A stretch of 12,988 nucleotides of DNA from contig CAZWEM010000077.1 of the NCBI GenBank assembly GCA_964632315.1, forward strand, positions 1-12,988, in the 5' to 3' direction. The notes beneath the pieces are model-generated. The model worked only from the letters and a program-made list of their open reading frames with translations. It made no database searches and was not told the DNA's origin. Origin of the DNA: an uncultured archaeon. GTDB taxonomy: Archaea; Asgardarchaeota; Lokiarchaeia; Sigyniarchaeales; SOKP01. The first letter of the stretch is position 1, and every line of letters starts with the position of its first letter. The position numbers were made by a program, and so were the translations under genes. Shown here one piece after another: positions 7,399 through 12,988 of this stretch.

Positions 7399-8664
7399 AT
7401 GGCTAAAGCAAGTCAAATTGAGGAACAAAGTGGGTTTAAGATGGGAGATCCTTATTTTTGTACCGAGTGCAAGCATAATCATACTAAGGGAAAGATTTAT
7501 AAGGAACACATTCAGTTTGCCCAAGCGATAAGCGAGGAGGATGGAGAGGATTCTCTTGATGTAGAAGATGAGGAAGAATATGATGATGAAGCTGAACTAG
7601 AAGAAGCATTTGAAGAATTAGAGCAACTTGAAAATGAAGATTTTGATGAAGATGAAAATTTTGAAGACGATGATGATAATGATGATGATATTGAAATAGA
7701 GATCGATGATGTTGATTTGAAAGAAAGTGTAGAACAAGTTAAAAATCTTCCAGGAGTTGGAGAAGCTACCTTAAAGAAATTGATAAAGGCTGGCTTTGGT
7801 TCCTTAGAGTCCATTGCATATACCCCTCCAAGAGTGATCCAAGATAGTTCTGGATTAGGAGAAAAAACAACAGAAAAACTAATTAAGAGTTCAATGGAGC
7901 TTTTAAACATTGGATTTAAATCTGCAGAGGATGTATGGGAACTTCGAAAAAATATTGCACGCATTACTACAGGAAGTCAAGAATTAGACGATCTTTTAGG
8001 AGGCGGCCTTGAAACTGGTTGTGTAACTGAGTTTTTTGGGGAATTTAGAACTGGGAAGACACAAATTGCCCATCAATTATGCGTGAATGTTCAATTACCT
8101 CTAGAAAAAGGTGGATTAGCAGGCAGAGCTCTCTATATCGATACTGAAGGGACTTTTCGACCTGAGAGAATAATTCAAATGGCTGAAGGACTCGATTTAG
8201 ATCATAATCAAGTATTAAAGAATATCATTTTTGGAAGAGCTTATAATTCTGATCATCAGATCATCCTCATTAAAGAAGCAGCAAATCTAATCAAAGAGAA
8301 AAATATCAAATTAATTATTGTAGACTCATTAATTGGTCATTTCAGAAGTGAGTATGTCGGTAGAGGGACGTTAGCAAACCGACAACAAATCATTAATGGA
8401 CACATTCATGATTTACTGCGATTATGTGATATCTATCCTGAATTAGGGGTAATGGTTACTAACCAAGTACAATCAAAACCTGATGTGTTTTATGGAAATC
8501 CCTTACAAGCTGCTGGAGGGAACATAGTTGCTCATGGTTCTACGATTAGGTTATACTTAAGAAAAGGTAAAGGTGAGCAGAGAGTAGCCAAAGTAGTAGA
8601 TGCACCCCATCTAGCTGAAGGAGAAGCAGTATTCAGCATTACTGAAAATGGAATCTCTAATTAA
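7399..8664 (+). CDS. radA: DNA repair and recombination protein RadA with ~110-aa N-terminal extension
   Basis: HhH domain (LPGVG...KL..AG), FxxA oligomerisation motif GFKSA (7912-7926), ITTGS.ELD.LLGGG.ETG, Walker A GEFRTGKT (8038-8061), [21 protein letters not shown], Walker B LIIVDS, FRSEY.GRG.LA.RQQ, TNQV, GGN..AH. Confidence 0.97.
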   Translation: MAKASQIEEQSGFKMGDPYFCTECKHNHTKGKIYKEHIQFAQAISEEDGEDSLDVEDEEEYDDEAELEEAFEELEQLENEDFDEDENFEDDDDNDDDIEIEIDDVDLKESVEQVKNLPGVGEATLKKLIKAGFGSLESIAYTPPRVIQDSSGLGEKTTEKLIKSSMELLNIGFKSAEDVWELRKNIARITTGSQELDDLLGGGLETGCVTEFFGEFRTGKTQIAHQLCVNVQLPLEKGGLAGRALYIDTEGTFRPERIIQMAEGLDLDHNQVLKNIIFGRAYNSDHQIILIKEAANLIKEKNIKLIIVDSLIGHFRSEYVGRGTLANRQQIINGHIHDLLRLCDIYPELGVMVTNQVQSKPDVFYGNPLQAAGGNIVAHGSTIRLYLRKGKGEQRVAKVVDAPHLAEGEAVFSITENGISN

Positions 8665-8723
8665 TTTATTAAAGTTGAATGATATAAAAGAAATATATTT
8701 TGAGTTGAAGTTTTTTGTTCTAT
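8665..8723. terminator. Possible oligo-T terminator in the 59-bp gap between convergent radA and the surface protein gene
   Basis: T6 run at 8711-8716 downstream of the radA stop; AT-rich spacer. Confidence 0.3.
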
Positions 8724-11700
8724 TTACTTAGCGTTTTTATTTTTTGATTTTTCAGCATTTTTTACTTTCTTTGCTTTTTTTGCATTCTTTGCTGTCTTGT
8801 TTTTCTTATCTTCGGGTGGGACTGAATTAGGTGATTTTTGTGCGTTTTCATTCGTTCCTTCTTTGGTCATTGATTTAGTTTCTTCAGATAGGTTATCTTT
8901 ATGTTCTTCCTTTGATGTTGGCGTAGGTTTTTCAGTAGGAACAGGTTCTGTTTCTTCCACTGCTTCTGGTTTAGATGGTTCTTTTACTTTTTCTTTGGGT
9001 TTTTCAACTGATTTGCTTTCTGCTGGAATTTGGTCCTTAGTTTTTAATTTTTTCTTTTTTGCTTTCTTCCTAATTACTATTACTCCAGTTAATAAAACAG
9101 CTATCCCTCCGCCTATACTAGCTATTAATACTATCTCAAATGGGAATCCACCATTCTCTACTGGTATCAAATCGATATCAGAAATTTCTAATGTTGCTGA
9201 TGTGTAGGTACCATTACCTGAATATGATGCGATAATAACGATTTTATTCGCATTTTTTGGAACTGATATTTTATAACTATTTATACCACTTGAGTTTGTA
9301 AAAGCATTAACATTTAAAATTGAAGTTCCAAAATCAATCATTAAAGATACATTTGCGTGATTAATTGGATATTCCTCAAATAGTGTATAATATAGTTTTA
9401 AGTTCAAATCAAACGAGTCACCCTGTCTAACACTATCTGGTTTTTGAATGCAGGTGAGTTTTGCGATAAGATTATTTAATCTAAATTCAAATAGATACGT
9501 ACTGTTTTCATAATACATTTTATAAAATGTGATGTTGAAATTGTATACACCATAGGGTAATGAAATAGTATTTAGTTCCCATTCATATATACCATTTGTA
9601 TTTTCTACGCTCGCGTAAACATCTCCATTTAAAGATAAGATCCCTATTGCTCCAGTTATTGTTTTATTAGGATAATCATTAAGGAAATTAGCAAATACAG
9701 TAATATTATCTCCTATTTGACCTTCATAAATAGAAGCGTCTAACTGAAGTGCTTGGTTATATTGGATTAAATCTATAATATTGATGGAAGTTAAACCAAT
9801 TAAATTAATATTTAACATCTCAGTTTGATTGTAATAGTTGCTTTTATTTAGCATGAAGTAAAGCGTAAAGGGACCACACCCATCGAATTCAGGAGATCGT
9901 AACCAGAGTTCAATTTGATAATTTTCGCTCACGTAACTCACATTGGTACTAGAAAAAGTGCCACTCGAACCTACTTTCCATTGAATACTTGCTCCAGCAA
10001 TTGGAATTTTCGTGATATCATCATCAAATGATAACACAATTAATAACGTTTCATTTGAATAGAAAGTTTGATCCTGGGACGGCGAATCAATTTGAGAGGT
10101 CGTTTGTCCCAAGATATTAATGTTTAACGACTCAGTTTGATTGTAATAATTTGTTTTATTGAGTATGAAATAAATAGTGAAAGGACCGTACCCATCGAAT
10201 TCAGGAGATCGTAACCACAATTCTATTTCATAATTTCCACTTGCATGGCTCACGTTAGTGCTAGAGTAAGTACCAGATAATCCTACCTTCCATTGAACGC
10301 TGGCACTATCGATTGGAATACTCTTCACTAAATCATCCAAGGATAAAGTAATAGTAATAATTTCATCTGAATTGTATGTCTGATCTTGAGTGGGTGAATC
10401 AATTTGAGAATTGGTTAATCCCAATATATTAATGTTTAAGACATCAGTTTGATTGTGATAATTGGTTTTATTTAACATGAAGTAAATATTAAAGGGTCCA
10501 TACCCATCGAAATCAGAATATCTTAACCATAAATTTATCTCATAATTTCCACCTACATAACTCACATTAGTGTTAGTATAGGTTCCTCCAAGCCCTACTT
10601 TCCATTGAATAACACCACTGTCGATTGGAATATTCTTCACTAAGTCATCGAAGGATAAGATAATTGTCAAAATCTCATCCGAATCATATGTTTGATCCTG
10701 TGAAGGTGAGTCAATATAAGAGGTGGTTAAGCCCAAAACATTAATATCTAATTGCTCAGTCTGATTATAGTAATTCGTTTTGTTTACCGTAAAATACAAT
10801 GTAAAGGGACCGTAGCCGTTAAATTCAAAATATCGTAACCAGAGTTCTATCTGATAATTTCCACTCACATAACTCACATTGGTACTGGAATAAGTACCGG
10901 TTAATCCCACTCTCCATTGGATGTCAACATTATCGATTGGCAGACCTTTTACAGAGTCATCGAAAGATAAGATAATCGTTAGTACCTCATCTGAATCGAA
11001 AGTTTGATCTTGAGAGGGTGAATCAATTTGAGATGTTGATAAGCCTAAAACATTAAAGTTTAGTTGTAGAGTTTGGTTGAGATAGTAGGTTTTGTTTAGC
11101 ATTAGATAAATAGTAAAAGGACCGTATCCATCGAATTCGGAATGACTCAACCAGAGATTAATCTGATAATTTCCACCTATATAAGTCACATTTGCGTTAG
11201 AATAAATTCCACTCAACCCTACTTTCCATTGAACATCTGCCCCGCTAATAGAAACTCCTTTAAGAGTATCATCAAATGATAAAACTATACTTACAATTTG
11301 GTCTGAATCGTAGGTCTGATCTTGGGAAGGTGAATCTATTTGCGAGATCGTTGGTATGCAATTTATCGTCAAGTTGAATTGATAAGACACGTTTTCCCAG
11401 TTAAGTTTAGTCATTATGATCTTAATCGTAAAAGTTCCTTCTTTATTGAATGTCGGTATTACCCATGAATAGGTTCCATCACTTACAATACTAGTGTTGT
11501 AATAATAAATTCCATCAAATATTATTAGGCAGCTAGCCCCTGAATTTATCCACTCTTCATTTAACTTGTCCCAAAATGAAAAAGAAATGGTTGTATTATA
11601 GCTTAATAAGCCCGTAAAAGTATTATTTGATGAATAATAGGTTAAATTTTCAAGAACTCCAGATACGTGATTTATTTGAGAAACCTCTAAAAGAGATCCA

Positions 11701-12988
11701 TTCGTAGGAATTAAAACGATACTTATTTTTCCATTGATTATAGAAGTCTTATAATCATCTTTCGAAAATGTTATGGTGAATTCATAATTAGAAGTTATAA
11801 AATCGTGTGTCGGGATGTAAAATTCATATTGACCCGATATGTTCGTGAACGATGAATCAGAATAAATCGTAGTTAATCCAATCATTAATGCAAATGATAT
11901 TCTTGCATTTTCTATTCCAACATTATCGTCTTCATTCCAATATTCTACGAGAAATGTAGAATTATAATTGCGATAAATAATGTAATGAGTTCCATTATAA
12001 TAAGAATCAATTAAACCTCCCGTTTGTTTGACGGCTAATAATGAAGAATTAGTTTCATACTTCACGATTGTTAAATTGAACCATAGTGTATATTGAAGAT
12101 AATTTGATTTCCAGAAAGTTACATTAATCACAAAATCAGATTCTTGCTTATAATTACTGGAATTTAAAGTAAACCATGCATTCCCATTAGATAGAGTTGT
12201 ATTCATTAAAAATTGCTGTCCTTTAACAGTGACATTACCATCTGCTCCAGCAATAGGATAAGTGTGATTAGCATCCCAGTAAGTTATGATGAATGTTACA
12301 TTAGAGTCTCCTTTTGTTGTGTAAATAGCATAGCCATTTATATAATAAGGATCTAATGTCCCACTATCATCAAATATAGATGTAATTGTTATTTCAGTAC
12401 TAATTATGTTGATATCAAAAAAGAAAACTATTGATTGATTATAGTAATTTGTTTTATTAAACTTGACAGAAAACGAATAAGAACCTGGAGTAAGACCACT
12501 GGTATCAATTTCCCAAGAATAAAGTCCATTACTATCACTATAGTTTATATAATTCACACTTTCGAAGGTTAAATTACCAATTGCTCCCGAAATTAAATTA
12601 TATGGATATAGATTTATAAAATTCATGTAAACAGTGATATTTTCTCCTTGAAACGCTTCATAAATACTATTATTAATTTGTAATTCTTGACCATATTGGG
12701 TTAAATTGATAATATCATATGTTGTCAACCCTAAAATATTCAAATTAAGCTCCATTGTTTGATTATAGTAATTTGTTTTGTTTAACGTGAAATACAAGGT
12801 AAAGGGGCCGTAACCGTCAAATTCAGAATAACGTAACCACAATTCTATCTGATAATTTCCACTGACATAGCTTACATTGGCACTAGAGTAAGTGCCCGAT
12901 AGCCCTACTTTCCATTGAACATCAGCACTATCAATTGGCAAACCTTTTACAGAATCATCAAAGGATAAAGTAATTGTCAAGATCTCAT
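8724..12988 (-). CDS. Very large cell-surface (adhesin/S-layer-like) glycoprotein with tandem beta-rich repeats and a C-terminal membrane anchor; N-terminus outside the window
   Basis: Open frame runs to the window edge in the middle of a repeat (..EILTITLSFDD..), so TTG 12980 is not the true start. Rich in N/S/T/Y with many N-x-S/T sequons. One TM helix IVLIASIGGGIAVLLTGVIVI (9072-9134), then RKKAKKKK and a 115-aa charged tail. Confidence 0.88.
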   Translation of the reverse strand, partial: EILTITLSFDDSVKGLPIDSADVQWKVGLSGTYSSANVSYVSGNYQIELWLRYSEFDGYGPFTLYFTLNKTNYYNQTMELNLNILGLTTYDIINLTQYGQELQINNSIYEAFQGENITVYMNFINLYPYNLISGAIGNLTFESVNYINYSDSNGLYSWEIDTSGLTPGSYSFSVKFNKTNYYNQSIVFFFDINIISTEITITSIFDDSGTLDPYYINGYAIYTTKGDSNVTFIITYWDANHTYPIAGADGNVTVKGQQFLMNTTLSNGNAWFTLNSSNYKQESDFVINVTFWKSNYLQYTLWFNLTIVKYETNSSLLAVKQTGGLIDSYYNGTHYIIYRNYNSTFLVEYWNEDDNVGIENARISFALMIGLTTIYSDSSFTNISGQYEFYIPTHDFITSNYEFTITFSKDDYKTSIINGKISIVLIPTNGSLLEVSQINHVSGVLENLTYYSSNNTFTGLLSYNTTISFSFWDKLNEEWINSGASCLIIFDGIYYYNTSIVSDGTYSWVIPTFNKEGTFTIKIIMTKLNWENVSYQFNLTINCIPTISQIDSPSQDQTYDSDQIVSIVLSFDDTLKGVSISGADVQWKVGLSGIYSNANVTYIGGNYQINLWLSHSEFDGYGPFTIYLMLNKTYYLNQTLQLNFNVLGLSTSQIDSPSQDQTFDSDEVLTIILSFDDSVKGLPIDNVDIQWRVGLTGTYSSTNVSYVSGNYQIELWLRYFEFNGYGPFTLYFTVNKTNYYNQTEQLDINVLGLTTSYIDSPSQDQTYDSDEILTIILSFDDLVKNIPIDSGVIQWKVGLGGTYTNTNVSYVGGNYEINLWLRYSDFDGYGPFNIYFMLNKTNYHNQTDVLNINILGLTNSQIDSPTQDQTYNSDEIITITLSLDDLVKSIPIDSASVQWKVGLSGTYSSTNVSHASGNYEIELWLRSPEFDGYGPFTIYFILNKTNYYNQTESLNINILGQTTSQIDSPSQDQTFYSNETLLIVLSFDDDITKIPIAGASIQWKVGSSGTFSSTNVSYVSENYQIELWLRSPEFDGCGPFTLYFMLNKSNYYNQTEMLNINLIGLTSINIIDLIQYNQALQLDASIYEGQIGDNITVFANFLNDYPNKTITGAIGILSLNGDVYASVENTNGIYEWELNTISLPYGVYNFNITFYKMYYENSTYLFEFRLNNLIAKLTCIQKPDSVRQGDSFDLNLKLYYTLFEEYPINHANVSLMIDFGTSILNVNAFTNSSGINSYKISVPKNANKIVIIASYSGNGTYTSATLEISDIDLIPVENGGFPFEIVLIASIGGGIAVLLTGVIVIRKKAKKKKLKTKDQIPAESKSVEKPKEKVKEPSKPEAVEETEPVPTEKPTPTSKEEHKDNLSEETKSMTKEGTNENAQKSPNSVPPEDKKNKTAKNAKKAKKVKNAEKSKNKNAK
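9474..9785 (-). repeat. Type-B 104-aa module, copy 2
   Basis: INIIDLIQYNQALQLDASIYEGQIGDNITV...YP...ITGAIG.L...NGIYEWELNT..L..G.Y.F...F.K..Y.N; directly follows the last A repeat, as copy 1 does. Confidence 0.85.
9786..11345 (-). repeat. Five tandem 312-bp (104-aa) type-A repeats
   Basis: S(Q/Y)IDSP(S/T)QDQT begins at 11345, 11033, 10721, 10409 and 10097, an exact 312-nt period. Shared motifs: LS(F/L)DD, QW(K/R)VG..G, NV(S/T)...NY.I.LWL, F.G.GPF, NK..Y.NQT. Confidence 0.95.
12408..12719 (-). repeat. Type-B 104-aa module, copy 1
   Basis: YDIINLTQYGQELQINNSIYEAFQGENITV...YP...ISGAIG.L...NGLYSWEIDT..L..G.Y.F...F.K..Y.N aligns gap-free with 9474-9785. Confidence 0.85.
12720..12988 (-). repeat. 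Sixth, partial type-A repeat cut by the window edge
   Basis: LSFDDSVKGLPIDSADVQWKVGLSGTYSSANVSYVSGNYQIELWLRYSEFDGYGPFTLYFTLNKTNYYNQTMELNLNILGLTT aligns without gaps to the A units. Confidence 0.93.

Noticed and set aside
7434-7510. RadA extension as an intein
   Set aside because: It is N-terminal rather than inserted in the ATPase core, and lacks intein splice-junction motifs (C/S start, HN end).
7512-7964. Ser-rich 150-aa minus-strand ORF
   Set aside because: Reverse complement of the Asp/Glu codon run in radA; poly-Ser is the expected artefact.
1-8664. Whole region as one DNA-repair/ubiquitin system (dCMP deaminase, UEV-MPN, RNase H-like protein, RadA)
   Set aside because: Genes alternate strands and are interleaved with lysC, pgi and a channel gene. 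There is no operon structure, so a shared function cannot be supported without synteny data.
8797-9207. 136-aa plus-strand ORF
   Set aside because: Antisense to the Lys/Glu-rich tail and TM segment of the surface protein.
9786-11345. Repeats as a CRISPR array or a diversity-generating retroelement TR/VR pair
   Set aside because: Units are 312-bp in-frame coding repeats without spacers, differences are not confined to adenines, and no cas or reverse transcriptase gene is in the window.

Overview
AT-rich archaeal chromosomal window. The gene set (RadA with a Rad51-type Walker A, stand-alone roadblock/LC7 protein, UEV-like/JAMM-like fusion, very large sequon-rich single-pass surface protein) points to an Asgard archaeon, most likely Lokiarchaeia; this is an inference. 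Left to right: 3' part of a dCMP deaminase; a decayed HTH_10 (Bat-type) regulator; a UEV-like domain fused to an apparently dead JAMM/MPN domain; an uncharacterised RNase HII-like protein; a 2-TM/tandem-RCK channel-like protein lacking the K+ filter motif; aspartate kinase; a divergent phosphoglucose isomerase; a roadblock protein; RadA with an N-terminal Cys/His motif and long acidic tract; and the C-terminal >1400 aa of a surface protein built from 104-aa repeats. I saw no RNA genes, CRISPR arrays or mobile elements. The most novel-looking items are the double pseudo-enzyme (UEV + MPN-) fusion and the RadA N-terminal extension. All family calls come from motif recognition by eye; no searches were run.
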